Positions 50,992-60,227 of a stretch of DNA of 64,000 bases are shown one piece after another. Source of the DNA: Escherichia phage dhaeg. The translations under genes were made by a program, and so were the position numbers. Each line of letters opens with the position of its first letter. The first letter of the stretch is position 1. The notes under the pieces are model-generated. The model had not been told where the DNA came from. It searched no databases and saw only the letters and a program-made list of their open reading frames with translations. Where the stretch lies: sequence record MN850609.1; one strand, given 5' to 3'.

Positions 50992-51219
50992 TTAGAACTC
51001 TTCTTGCTCTTCGTCATCCATGGATTCTAATTCAGCCCGTTTACCTGCCAGGGCATCACGAACACTGATATCATCCGAATCTCGAAGTTCAGCTTCTTTA
51101 CTACGAGTTTTGTAATACTTCTCCAATTCCTTCAAACCGTCCATGGTTTGACAAGAACTAATTTTAGACATGAAGCTCTCGATAGAGGCTTCATAGATAA
51201 CTTCTTTAAAGGACTTCAT
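50992..51219 (-). CDS. UvsW.1
   Basis: 75 aa acidic ORF immediately downstream of uvsW, overlapping its stop. Confidence 0.6.
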   Translation of the reverse strand: MKSFKEVIYEASIESFMSKISSCQTMDGLKELEKYYKTRSKEAELRDSDDISVRDALAGKRAELESMDDEEQEEF

Positions 51220-52712
51220 AAATCCACCTGTTTCATTACGTAATTAAATTTCTCGTCAGCATAACGTTGAATACGTTCTAAGGCATGTTTTAATGCATAA
51301 TTCAAATGAACATATTTCTTTTTAGCATTTGCTGATTTAGGCTTAACGCCCATGTCGTCTATAATGTCCCAAACTTGTGCTGTTGATTTAGAAGCATGTT
51401 TACGGAGCACACGACCTATTGTCTGGAGTACAATGATTTTGGATTTTACCGGATGTGCAAATATTACATGGTGGAGGTTCTTAACGGAAATACCAGTAGA
51501 GAACACACCATAACTTGCCACAACAATAATACCCTTACCATTTTCCGCCATTACTTTAAGAGCATTACGAGTTTCTGTATTAACTTCACCTGATACGTAA
51601 TAAACTTCTTTATGTTGCTCTTTAACCATTTCAAAAAGAGTTTTACCGTGCTCGATGTTTTTAAACATCAGGAATACGTTCTCTTCTTTCTTAGCGAGTT
51701 TAACAGCTAAATTAGCAACCCATTTATTACGACGAGTAGCCTTAGTAATGACTTTAATTTCTGATTGGTAATCTTTACCTTTCATCTTAACAGTGAATTC
51801 ATCCGGATAACGAAGGAAAATACTGTTTATTTTTAAATCAGTTACCTGTCCTTCTTCCATTAACTGTGAAGTGGATACTGGCTTAAACACATCACCAAAC
51901 AAACCCATATATTGCATTAAATTGGCTTTACCGTCTTTTAAAGAACCGGACAAACCGAATTTAAACATACAATTGGTAAGGCCTTCGATGATGGTAGAAA
52001 TTGATTTACCTGTTGCCAAATGGCATTCGTCATTCATAAACATACCAAACTGAGCAAACCATTCTTTAGGTTGTTTAATAGCCGTTTGATAAGTTGAAAC
52101 ATAAATCATTGCATCAGAATCACGAGCAGTACCTGAACGAATACCAAGCATAGCGGCTTTAGGGAACAAACGATAATCGATGAAGTCATTAATCATCTGG
52201 TCGACAAGTGCAGTAGTAGGAACTAAGATAAGAATTTTACCTTCATAGTTCTCAACGTAATATCGACTCAGGAGCGCCTGAATCAATGATTTACCTGCGG
52301 ATGTAGGTAAATTCAGAATTGCACGACGTTTTGTCAGACCGTTGTATACGGCTTCATTCTGGTACCAATGTGGCTCAATCTTGGTAGAACCTGAATAAAT
52401 CTCTTGTGAAGCCACCCATGAGTCAAAATCTTCGCGAGAAATATCTTCCTGTTCAAGAATACGTGGGTCTATCCAAAGAGAGTATTCAAACTGGTCAGCG
52501 AATTTTTTAATTTGTGGGACTAGACCATACGGAAGTTTACGGTTATAATCTAGAAGACGAATTCTCCCGTCCCATTGCCCGTAACGGTATTTAGGGTTAA
52601 ATTTATATCCATCAGCTTCAAAGCTGAAATAGTCTCTGAGTTCGTAGAAGGTGGATTCATCACACTCAACACGAACATGACTAAAATTATCAAAATGTAC
52701 TTGAATTTGCAT
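51216..52712 (-). CDS. uvsW: UvsW DNA/RNA helicase (SF2)
   Basis: 498 aa; Walker A NLPTSAGKS, DECH box (MNDECHLATGKS), near-colinear with T4 UvsW. Confidence 0.95.
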   Translation of the reverse strand: MQIQVHFDNFSHVRVECDESTFYELRDYFSFEADGYKFNPKYRYGQWDGRIRLLDYNRKLPYGLVPQIKKFADQFEYSLWIDPRILEQEDISREDFDSWVASQEIYSGSTKIEPHWYQNEAVYNGLTKRRAILNLPTSAGKSLIQALLSRYYVENYEGKILILVPTTALVDQMINDFIDYRLFPKAAMLGIRSGTARDSDAMIYVSTYQTAIKQPKEWFAQFGMFMNDECHLATGKSISTIIEGLTNCMFKFGLSGSLKDGKANLMQYMGLFGDVFKPVSTSQLMEEGQVTDLKINSIFLRYPDEFTVKMKGKDYQSEIKVITKATRRNKWVANLAVKLAKKEENVFLMFKNIEHGKTLFEMVKEQHKEVYYVSGEVNTETRNALKVMAENGKGIIVVASYGVFSTGISVKNLHHVIFAHPVKSKIIVLQTIGRVLRKHASKSTAQVWDIIDDMGVKPKSANAKKKYVHLNYALKHALERIQRYADEKFNYVMKQVDL

Positions 52713-52726
52713 GTCTAATTCTCAGT

Positions 52727-52748
52727 TATAAATATAATTATATTTATA
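52727..52748. promoter_or_regulatory. divergent late promoters: TATAAATA (+, inh) and TATTTATA (= TATAAATA on -, uvsW)
   Basis: tataaata at 52727-52734 on plus; tatttata at 52741-52748. Confidence 0.5.
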
Positions 52749-52767
52749 CACCAACAAGAGACTAATT

Positions 52768-53439
52768 ATGGATACTCAATATATTGAAGAGCTTCGTGCA
52801 CTCGAAGATAAAAAAGAAGCTAAAGCTAAGTTAATCGAATACGGCGAACAATTCGGTTTGAAACTTAAGAAAACCCGTTCGTTTGATAATTTGATTATCG
52901 ATATCTCTGAAGGCCTTAAAGCCCTGGCTGATGAACCACTTCCAGAAACCGAAGGTTTGTCTATTTCTGATTTGATTGATGCCGCCGACGAACTCACAGG
53001 CGCTAACGAATTTGTTGATGGTGCCGAACCCGCCAAAGAAGAGGCTACCCTATTATTTGATGCCCCTGAAGCGGTAGTTGAAGTTATTGAGGTAGCCGAA
53101 CTTCCTAAGGTAGAGATTATTGAAGAAGACGTCCCGTTTGTCGAAGAGAAATTCAAAGAGGCTGTGGCCGAGGTTATTGAATCTGAAAAACCTGTATTCT
53201 CTTTACCTGAAAACTTTAGCCCTAATCTTTTACTCATTGGTAAAAACCCAGGGTATTGTACTGTGCCTTGGTGGATTTATCAATGGATTACCGAAACCCC
53301 TGATTGGAAAGAACGCCCTAAAGATTTCCAACACCCATCTGCCCACCAAACACTATTCAGTCTGATTTATTACATCAATCGTAATGGTTCAGTATTAGTA
53401 CGTGAAACGCGTAATTCATCTTTCGTAACTTTAAAATAA
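52768..53439 (+). CDS. inh: putative Inh (prohead protease inhibitor) by position
   Basis: 223 aa acidic protein between uvsW and hoc (T4 Inh about 226 aa). Confidence 0.55.
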   Translation: MDTQYIEELRALEDKKEAKAKLIEYGEQFGLKLKKTRSFDNLIIDISEGLKALADEPLPETEGLSISDLIDAADELTGANEFVDGAEPAKEEATLLFDAPEAVVEVIEVAELPKVEIIEEDVPFVEEKFKEAVAEVIESEKPVFSLPENFSPNLLLIGKNPGYCTVPWWIYQWITETPDWKERPKDFQHPSAHQTLFSLIYYINRNGSVLVRETRNSSFVTLK

Positions 53440-53448
53440 GGGTAAAAT

Positions 53449-54861
53449 ATGGCTTTTACTGTAAGTATAGCCGGCACAGCGTCTATTAAAATAGGCGAAA
53501 GTGCTAACTACACTGCTACCGCAACAGGTGCAGCTGTAGAAGGAACCATTACATATGTATGGTCTATTGATGGTGCTTCTAATCCAGAAGCAACCAATGT
53601 TTTGAAATATACAGGTGCTGCACCTGTAGGTAAGAAAGTTTTAAAAGTAGTAGCAACTTCTACTCCGGCTGAAGGCGAACCTGAGGTAGCTGAAGATACT
53701 TTTGAAGTTACCGTAGCTAATAAGACCATGTCTATTTCTTTGGCTTTGGACCCTATTTCTGTTTCTAAAGAAGTTGGCCAATCTCAAGTTGTTACTGCTA
53801 ACGTGACGGGTGCACCTGCAGGTGCAACAATTGCTTATGTTTGGAAACGTAACACCAGCGTAATCTCTGGCCAAACTGGTAAAACTATTACTGTAACCGA
53901 AGCCGCGGAAGCAAATTACACGTTGAACTGTGAAGTTACTGTTACCGCCCCTGAATATAACCCGGGTACCGCTACTAAAGGTGCTGCGGTAACTTTTGTT
54001 AAGAAAACTATATCAGGTGTTTCTGTTACTTTAACACCGGCCTCAATTAGTACAGAGAAAGACTCATCTGCACAGTTTAAAGCGGATGTAGTCGGCGCTC
54101 CTTCCGGCGTAAATGCAACTTATTCTTGGAAGAAAAACGGTTCTATTATTCCGGGCGAAAGCAGTAATACTCTTGCTGTTGATACGTCTACAATAGGTTC
54201 TTACTCTATTGAAGTTTCGGTACTCCTAAAAGGTACGGATTATAATGATTTAACCGTTACCAAAACAGGAAGTGTAACAATTACTAAAAAGACTATGGCA
54301 GGTGTTTCTGTTAATTTAACGCCTGCTTCTATTACTGTCTCTGAAGGAATCCCGGCTTCTTTTAAAGCCACGGTAGTCGGTGCGCCTAGTGGTGCTACTT
54401 TTGCTTATTCTTGGAAGAAAGATGGTTCACCTGTTGTGGGTGCTACGGATACATTAGTAATTGACACAAGCGCTGAAGGTTCACAGGTTATTGAAGTTTC
54501 TGTTGTGGTTTCGGCTACCGACTATAATTCTGTGACCGTCACAAAATCCGGTAATGTAACAATTACGGCTAAAGTCGCTCCTGAACCAGAGGGCGAACTA
54601 CCTTACGTTCATCCGCTACCAGTTCGTAATTCAGCTTATATTTGGTGTGGTTGGTGGGTTATGGACGAAATTCAGAAAATGACCCTTGAAGGCAAAGACT
54701 GGAAAACTGACGAACCTGATAGTGAATATTATCTCCATCGTTATACCCTTCAAAAAATGGTAGCCGATTATCCTGAGGTTGATGTACAGGAATCTCGTAA
54801 TGGTAGAATTATTCACAGAACCGCTTTGGATGCTGGAATTATTTACGATTACGTTTATTAA
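53449..54861 (+). CDS. hoc: Hoc highly antigenic outer capsid protein, four Ig-like repeats + capsid-binding C-terminus
   Basis: 470 aa; C-terminus PEPEGELPYVHPLP...AYIWCGWWVMDEIQKMT.EGKDWKTD.PDS.YYLHRYTLQKM..DYPEVDVQESRNG.IIH.TAL matches T4 Hoc; four tandem ~90-aa Ig-like repeats. Confidence 0.92.
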   Translation: MAFTVSIAGTASIKIGESANYTATATGAAVEGTITYVWSIDGASNPEATNVLKYTGAAPVGKKVLKVVATSTPAEGEPEVAEDTFEVTVANKTMSISLALDPISVSKEVGQSQVVTANVTGAPAGATIAYVWKRNTSVISGQTGKTITVTEAAEANYTLNCEVTVTAPEYNPGTATKGAAVTFVKKTISGVSVTLTPASISTEKDSSAQFKADVVGAPSGVNATYSWKKNGSIIPGESSNTLAVDTSTIGSYSIEVSVLLKGTDYNDLTVTKTGSVTITKKTMAGVSVNLTPASITVSEGIPASFKATVVGAPSGATFAYSWKKDGSPVVGATDTLVIDTSAEGSQVIEVSVVVSATDYNSVTVTKSGNVTITAKVAPEPEGELPYVHPLPVRNSAYIWCGWWVMDEIQKMTLEGKDWKTDEPDSEYYLHRYTLQKMVADYPEVDVQESRNGRIIHRTALDAGIIYDYVY

Positions 54862-54864
54862 TAA

Positions 54865-54886
54865 AGGGCCGCAAGGCCCTTATTTA
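54865..54886 (+). terminator. terminator after hoc
   Basis: agggcc-gcaa-ggccct + TATTT (weak T-run). Confidence 0.45.
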
Positions 54887-54946
54887 GTTTATGATAATGT
54901 TTCGGGAGATTAAGTTATTGACGAATAATTTTTAATAGGTGGATAT

Positions 54947-55126
54947 ATGAAATTTAACAAAGATATAGGGTTGTTGGTTTTCTTTATAGTGCTGTTTTTG
55001 TTTTCGTTAATTTCATTAACTAGTGGGTTGTTTGCTTCTATATTGGCTCTTTTCACATGCATTAGTTCCTTTTTTGGGATAATAGCTACTATAGATAAAA
55101 TTTTACATACCAAAAAGGGCCCGTAG
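54947..55126 (+). CDS. small hydrophobic ORF (59 aa, predicted membrane peptide)
   Basis: MKFNKDIGLLVFFIVLFLFSLISLTSGLFASILALFTCISSFFGIIA...; sits between convergent terminators; weak SD. Confidence 0.3.
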   Translation: MKFNKDIGLLVFFIVLFLFSLISLTSGLFASILALFTCISSFFGIIATIDKILHTKKGP

Positions 55127-55140
55127 GCCCTTTATTATTT
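55114..55140. terminator. bidirectional terminator
   Basis: aaagggcc-cgta-ggcccttt with T-runs on both strands. Confidence 0.6.
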
Positions 55141-56001
55141 TTCAGGAGGGACGTAAACTAAGTCTTTCCTTTCTAAGATGTAGCCATTTCTCGACTCTTG
55201 TATCTCTACTTCAGGATACTTAGACAAAAGGTCGGCTACTTTTTGTAACTCACATTTATACTTGTATGGGCTGTTGTTTATATCCAAAGTCCAATCTTCT
55301 CCCAATCTAACGGCTTCTCTTATTTCGTCCCATACCCACCAACCTATCCACATATACGATTCATTTCTTCCACCGCCATAGGGTAAATAAGCATTAAGGT
55401 CGTTATCATATATGAAAGGGCACTGCAATACATCATCCCTAGGTTTTATTTCAACTAAAAGTTCTTCAGAAGCAGGGATATATGCTCCTTCGCAGGTCGC
55501 TATAGATTTTAATGTATAATCTCCAAATTTATCAGGGTCGTCTATTAATATATCAATATCTTCGTCTTTAGATAATTCTACTCCATCTCTATACCATCTA
55601 CAAATTCTTTCGGCATAAGTGGGTTCCACTCTACACGACGGGCGAAGTGAAACTGTTTCTCCTATATTGGCATATATTAATTCCCTAGAGTTTATATCTA
55701 GGACTATTCTTCTTGGAAGGGTACCTATTTCAAGTTCTATTTCGTTACTCTTTGTTATTTCACCACTTTTCTTATTTGTTATGGTCGCATAAAATGTTCC
55801 TGCCGCCGGGAATCCTACTTCCCATAAATTTAATTCAAAAGGGTCTTCGGTAGGAAGTTGTGGAATATGGACATCGTTTTTATACCAATTAATTTCTACG
55901 TCATCTAGAGTAGAACCGGGTGGTAATACAAACCCGGTATAAAAGGTTACTGTCCTGCCAACCAATTCATATCTAGGACCATTTATTTTAAGTACAATCA
56001 T
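55135..56001 (-). CDS. Hoc-like protein (Ig-like N-terminal domains + Hoc-type capsid-binding C-terminal domain)
   Basis: 288 aa; C-terminus YMWIGWWVWDEIREAVRLGEDWTLD...YKYKCELQKVADLLSKYPEVEIQESRNGYILERKDL aligns with Hoc C-terminus. Confidence 0.7.
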   Translation of the reverse strand: MIVLKINGPRYELVGRTVTFYTGFVLPPGSTLDDVEINWYKNDVHIPQLPTEDPFELNLWEVGFPAAGTFYATITNKKSGEITKSNEIELEIGTLPRRIVLDINSRELIYANIGETVSLRPSCRVEPTYAERICRWYRDGVELSKDEDIDILIDDPDKFGDYTLKSIATCEGAYIPASEELLVEIKPRDDVLQCPFIYDNDLNAYLPYGGGRNESYMWIGWWVWDEIREAVRLGEDWTLDINNSPYKYKCELQKVADLLSKYPEVEIQESRNGYILERKDLVYVPPEK

Positions 56002-56010
56002 TTAACCTCC

Positions 56011-57516
56011 TTAAAACGTGCTCATATTGGTATGGTCTTCGACAGAAAATAAAACTTCAACAGGGATATCTGTAGTCGTATTAAGAGGGCCGCCTACAAT
56101 AAACACAGATACAGTGTAGTATTTTCTAGTATCACGGTCAAATATTTCGTAACGGTTAAATTGTCTTGCACTAGAATAAGCCAAATCGTCGAATAATTCA
56201 GGAGATGATGACCACAACACATTACTCCAGTTGGCACATTCTATTCCGTTTTCATAGTTGGTAAATCTTTTAATATCAAGCCTATTAGTAAGACCTGCAT
56301 TAGTAGCCCTTATATGGATGCCTACAGATGAGTACATGCGAACATGAAGAACCATATTAAGGTCCCACAAACGTATTTCCTTCCACTCTGAAGTGTTCAG
56401 AGGCTTATCAAATCTTAAAGAGCCTTTCCAATATCTAGGTGGATAGAATGGGAAAAGTTTATCATATAAAGATTTTAATTGAGACTGGGTTAAAGAATCG
56501 ACATCAAATACTGCATCTTTGCCTGGCGCACCTGCAGGACCTATAGGACCTTGAATACCTTGTGGCCCGGGTTCACCCTTTTCACCTTTAGGACCTGGGT
56601 CGCCTTGCGGTCCTTGGGCACCTTGCTCTCCAGGTGCACCATCTTCTCCGGGATTTCCTGGACGCCCTTCTTTTACAAATAAATTCCAATAATCGGCCCA
56701 CAGGTCTCCACTCCCAGGATAACTATCATTATTTGCTATATTATCCTGGATACAAATCCAAGAAGACCCTTCGCACTGGACCAAATCGTTTATATAATAA
56801 GACGAACCAAGGGCCCAGTTTCCGGCCCAGATAAACCCATTACCATCTTGGCCTGGCGCGCCTTGTGGACCTTGAGGGCCGGTTGGGCCTGTTGGTCCTT
56901 GAGGACCTGGTGCACCGATATTAGCCAATAGTGCCCAAACTCCTTCGCTAGGAGGTATTGTTCCTGTATTAGAACTGATGCAAAAATAAGAAGCTCCCTG
57001 GTATCCAACTGCATCGTCTTTAGAGTATTGGGTAGATTCATCCCAGGCTCCCTTCCACACCAAACCTGCCGGGCCTATAGGACCTTGTGGTCCTTGCGGT
57101 CCTACTTCTCCTTGGGCCCCTTGTAAACCCTGAGGGCCTTCTTTTCCTGGTGAACCCGGGTCTCCTTTAGGACCTTCTGGACCTGCTGGTCCTGGTTCGC
57201 CCTTTTCTCCTTTAGGACCGGGGTTACCTTGAATACCTTGCGGCCCTGGGTCTCCTTTAGGGCCTTGTGGACCTTCAGTACCAGGTGTTAGCATCTCATT
57301 AGTTATACCTAAATGGGCCAACGCGCCTTCCCTAGAAGCTTGTTTTATAAATTCAAGTCCATAGCTTTGAGAAGAATCTAGCATAGTAGGGTCTAAGGTG
57401 CTTTCACTAGTGAGTATGTCCACAAATTCCAATGATTTGTTCTGTGGAACTTCTACTAATGATACGCCTCTAAAGTGGCCTCTACCATCATGCCCGTATA
57501 ATGGATTGTCTGACAT
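56011..57516 (-). CDS. collagen-like triple-helix repeat protein
   Basis: 501 aa; three blocks of G-x-y repeats rich in Pro/Gln/Lys/Glu ([49 protein letters not shown]...), interspersed with repeated W.G.W...Y..D.V...G.S..CI globular segments. Confidence 0.75.
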   Translation of the reverse strand: MSDNPLYGHDGRGHFRGVSLVEVPQNKSLEFVDILTSESTLDPTMLDSSQSYGLEFIKQASREGALAHLGITNEMLTPGTEGPQGPKGDPGPQGIQGNPGPKGEKGEPGPAGPEGPKGDPGSPGKEGPQGLQGAQGEVGPQGPQGPIGPAGLVWKGAWDESTQYSKDDAVGYQGASYFCISSNTGTIPPSEGVWALLANIGAPGPQGPTGPTGPQGPQGAPGQDGNGFIWAGNWALGSSYYINDLVQCEGSSWICIQDNIANNDSYPGSGDLWADYWNLFVKEGRPGNPGEDGAPGEQGAQGPQGDPGPKGEKGEPGPQGIQGPIGPAGAPGKDAVFDVDSLTQSQLKSLYDKLFPFYPPRYWKGSLRFDKPLNTSEWKEIRLWDLNMVLHVRMYSSVGIHIRATNAGLTNRLDIKRFTNYENGIECANWSNVLWSSSPELFDDLAYSSARQFNRYEIFDRDTRKYYTVSVFIVGGPLNTTTDIPVEVLFSVEDHTNMSTF

Positions 57517-57526
57517 AAAATCTCCT

Positions 57527-57556
57527 GTTTACAAGTTAAAATTCTCATGTTACTAT
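57527..57556 (+). promoter_or_regulatory. early promoter (GTTTAC, 18 nt, TACTAT)
   Basis: gtttac 57527-57532; tactat 57551-57556. Confidence 0.5.
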
Positions 57557-57585
57557 TGAATAGTTCAAATCACAAGAGAACTGTT

Positions 57586-57798
57586 ATGGATAAGATTAAA
57601 GTACATTTTTTACATGAATCGGGTATGAATTTTATTGATATTGCTAAAAAGATTGGCGGAACTGCCAGAGATATGGCTAAAGCCTGGGCCGAAGTTGAGA
57701 ATGCTAAGGCCAAGTTTAAAGCAAAAGAGAAAGTTGTGTATCGTAAAAGATTAAACAACAAAAAGGTCAGCGCAAAGCGCGTTTTTGGTCTAAAGTAA
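57586..57798 (+). CDS. small basic protein with possible helix-turn-helix (70 aa)
   Basis: MDKIKVHFLHESGMNFIDIAKKIGGTARDMAKAW... then Lys/Arg-rich tail. Confidence 0.4.
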   Translation: MDKIKVHFLHESGMNFIDIAKKIGGTARDMAKAWAEVENAKAKFKAKEKVVYRKRLNNKKVSAKRVFGLK

Positions 57799-57912
57799 TA
57801 TGCTTTAAATTTAGGTGTGTTATAATGGGTCTAGGTCCTTCCGTTAAACCATTTGGCTTGGTGACAGAAGATTACTAGCTCTTCTATTTAATTATATTTA
57901 TTATGGTGATTT

Positions 57913-58920
57913 ATGTTCAAGAAATATAGCAGTCTGGAAAACCACTACAACAGTAAGTTTATCGAAAAACTCCGTACCAATGGTTTGACTGGTGGTGAAT
58001 GGGTAGCACGTGAGAAGATTCATGGAACCAACTTTAGTTTAATCATAGAACGTGACGCAGTCACATGCGCCAAGCGCACTGGCCCAATTCTCCCTGCTGA
58101 AGATTTCTATGGTTATGAAATTGTACTTAAGAACTACGCTGATTCTATTAAATCTATACAAGATATTATGGAAACTTCAGCAGCCGTATCTTATCAAGTT
58201 TTCGGTGAATTCGCTGGAACAGGCATTCAGAAGAACGTTGATTACGGTGATAAAGATTTTTATGTATTTGACATTATTGTTACCACCGAAAGCGGCGATG
58301 TGACTTATGTCGACGATTATATGATGGAATCATTTTGTAAGACGTTCAAATTTAAAATGGCACCACTTTTAGGTCGTGGTAAATTTGAAGACCTTATTAA
58401 ATTGCCAAATGATTTAGATTCCGTCCTTCCTGATTATAATTTTACAGTAGATAATGTCGGGCTAGCCGAAGCTAATGCTCATGTGTGGAATGCCGAAGCA
58501 AAAGGCGAAGTATTTACCGCTGAAGGGTACGTATTAAAACCTTGTTATCCGCTTTGGCTGCCTAATGGAAATCGTGTAGCAATTAAATGCAAGAACTCTA
58601 AATTCAGCGAGAAGAAAAAAACTGATAAGCCTATTAAAGTTGCAGTAGTATTATCCCAAGACGATTTAGATTTATTACAACAATTCACAGATTATGTGAC
58701 TGTTAACCGTATTAACAACGTTATCAGTAAGATTGGTGAAGTATCACCTAAAGATTTTGGAAAGGTAATGGGACTGACGGTCCAAGATATTTTGGAAGAG
58801 GCAGCCCGCGAAGAATTAGAATTAACCGATGCAGAAAACCCTGTTGAAGTTAAAAAGCAGCTTATTGAGTGCGTTAAAGATACGCTACGAGCTGTATGGA
58901 TTGAATTAGTATCCAAATAA
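57913..58920 (+). CDS. rnlB: RNA ligase 2
   Basis: 335 aa; near-colinear with T4 Rnl2 ([65 protein letters not shown]). Confidence 0.97.
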   Translation: MFKKYSSLENHYNSKFIEKLRTNGLTGGEWVAREKIHGTNFSLIIERDAVTCAKRTGPILPAEDFYGYEIVLKNYADSIKSIQDIMETSAAVSYQVFGEFAGTGIQKNVDYGDKDFYVFDIIVTTESGDVTYVDDYMMESFCKTFKFKMAPLLGRGKFEDLIKLPNDLDSVLPDYNFTVDNVGLAEANAHVWNAEAKGEVFTAEGYVLKPCYPLWLPNGNRVAIKCKNSKFSEKKKTDKPIKVAVVLSQDDLDLLQQFTDYVTVNRINNVISKIGEVSPKDFGKVMGLTVQDILEEAAREELELTDAENPVEVKKQLIECVKDTLRAVWIELVSK

Positions 58921-58926
58921 ACAATA

Positions 58927-58955
58927 AAGGGACCTTACGGTCCCTTTTATTTTTC
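58927..58955 (+). terminator. terminator after rnlB
   Basis: aagggacc-ttac-ggtccctt + TTATTTTT. Confidence 0.6.
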
Positions 58956-60227
58956 TAGTGGTGGAAGTTTAACACCGAGATAAGAACTCAACTGGCTTTG
59001 GTTAGCCATTTTGTCCATATCAGAACCATCAATAATGCGGGCTTCTTTATCGTCCTTAGCGACGGTATAAGGGTTTGCAGTCAATGCATAACGAGCAAGC
59101 AATGCTACTGTAGGTTGTAAGCTTTCTGGGTCAACAATAACCTTAAATTCACCTACTGAAGTATCACCTTCTTCATCAACCACATCCAAACCTTCCGTAT
59201 AAGGCGCATAATATAAAGATGCGACCGTCTGTCCTTCACCCATCTGAGCATTTACACCAACAATAACATAATCACATGGACTATTCATATCGGCATAAAG
59301 AGGTAGACCATTCTTTAATACACCATAAGCCAATTCATCTTGGTCTTCCTTTTTCTCAACCCAACCGGATGCAGCGAGAATAGCAGCACAACGAGAACTA
59401 GCTACGGCATAAGTCCCAGCGAAAGAAGTTTGACGTTGGACGGCAGAGTTCATCTCACACATGTAATAATATAATGTACGAGCACGGTCCTGGGCATTAT
59501 CATAACGTGGGTTAGTAAGGTCCAATACGCCCTTTTCAGAAACACCCTGGACTTTAAAACGAGAACTCACTGTAATTAATGACTGTAATACGTCCTTATT
59601 AATTTCTTCTGCCATTTGAATGCCTAGCAGATTTTCAATGAAATTAGGAGCATTAAACCCGTTTGATTCTAGGTCTTGGGCTAATTCGACTGTCAATGAA
59701 GTTTTCAGTTTACGTGATTTAACTTCAGATTGCCATTTGTCAATACGGAAGCCTGCTTCAGCAATTTCAGGATGGCCTTGTTCGAATTTAGAAGTAATAG
59801 CAGCATCTGATACCATACGAATATGCCCAGCGGCCACTGCTTCAGAAATAACTTCACCGAGGTCGGTTTCCGTGGTTCCGGCGAAAGGAGATGCTTCTAG
59901 AACTTTAAACACTACACTTTCAAACTGGAACATATCGCCGGCTGCATAAGCTGTAGACGAATCGGTAAATTCAGGAATATTTTCACGTTCCGACATACCA
60001 ATCTGGCCTGCAAATGTAGCGCCACCAAGATAAGTCATTTTGTCGTCAGGGTTAAGTACACGAACCCCGTACAGAGCAGCAACAGGTTGGCTTGTTTTTT
60101 GTTCAGCAACTAGGGCTTTAAAGATTCGTTTATTAGTTGCTTGGGTGTATGAAAGAAGAGCAGGACGGCCAACCGAGTTGGCAGCCGTCAATGTGGATTC
60201 TTTAATTAGGTCTATAATCTTAGACAT
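58947..60227 (-). CDS. gp24-like capsid vertex protein, divergent paralog
   Basis: 426 aa; same domain order as gp24/gp23 fold (..RK.LKT..TVELAQDLE.NGF.AP.F.E.LL...M..EINKD.LQSLITVS.R.KV.GVS..G..DLT) but about half identical to the adjacent copy. Confidence 0.8.
   Translation of the reverse strand: MSKIIDLIKESTLTAANSVGRPALLSYTQATNKRIFKALVAEQKTSQPVAALYGVRVLNPDDKMTYLGGATFAGQIGMSERENIPEFTDSSTAYAAGDMFQFESVVFKVLEASPFAGTTETDLGEVISEAVAAGHIRMVSDAAITSKFEQGHPEIAEAGFRIDKWQSEVKSRKLKTSLTVELAQDLESNGFNAPNFIENLLGIQMAEEINKDVLQSLITVSSRFKVQGVSEKGVLDLTNPRYDNAQDRARTLYYYMCEMNSAVQRQTSFAGTYAVASSRCAAILAASGWVEKKEDQDELAYGVLKNGLPLYADMNSPCDYVIVGVNAQMGEGQTVASLYYAPYTEGLDVVDEEGDTSVGEFKVIVDPESLQPTVALLARYALTANPYTVAKDDKEARIIDGSDMDKMANQSQLSSYLGVKLPPLEK

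Noticed and set aside
52776-53237. 153-aa minus-strand ORF
   Set aside because: Antisense to inh; Ser-rich low-complexity translation of an acidic gene's opposite strand.
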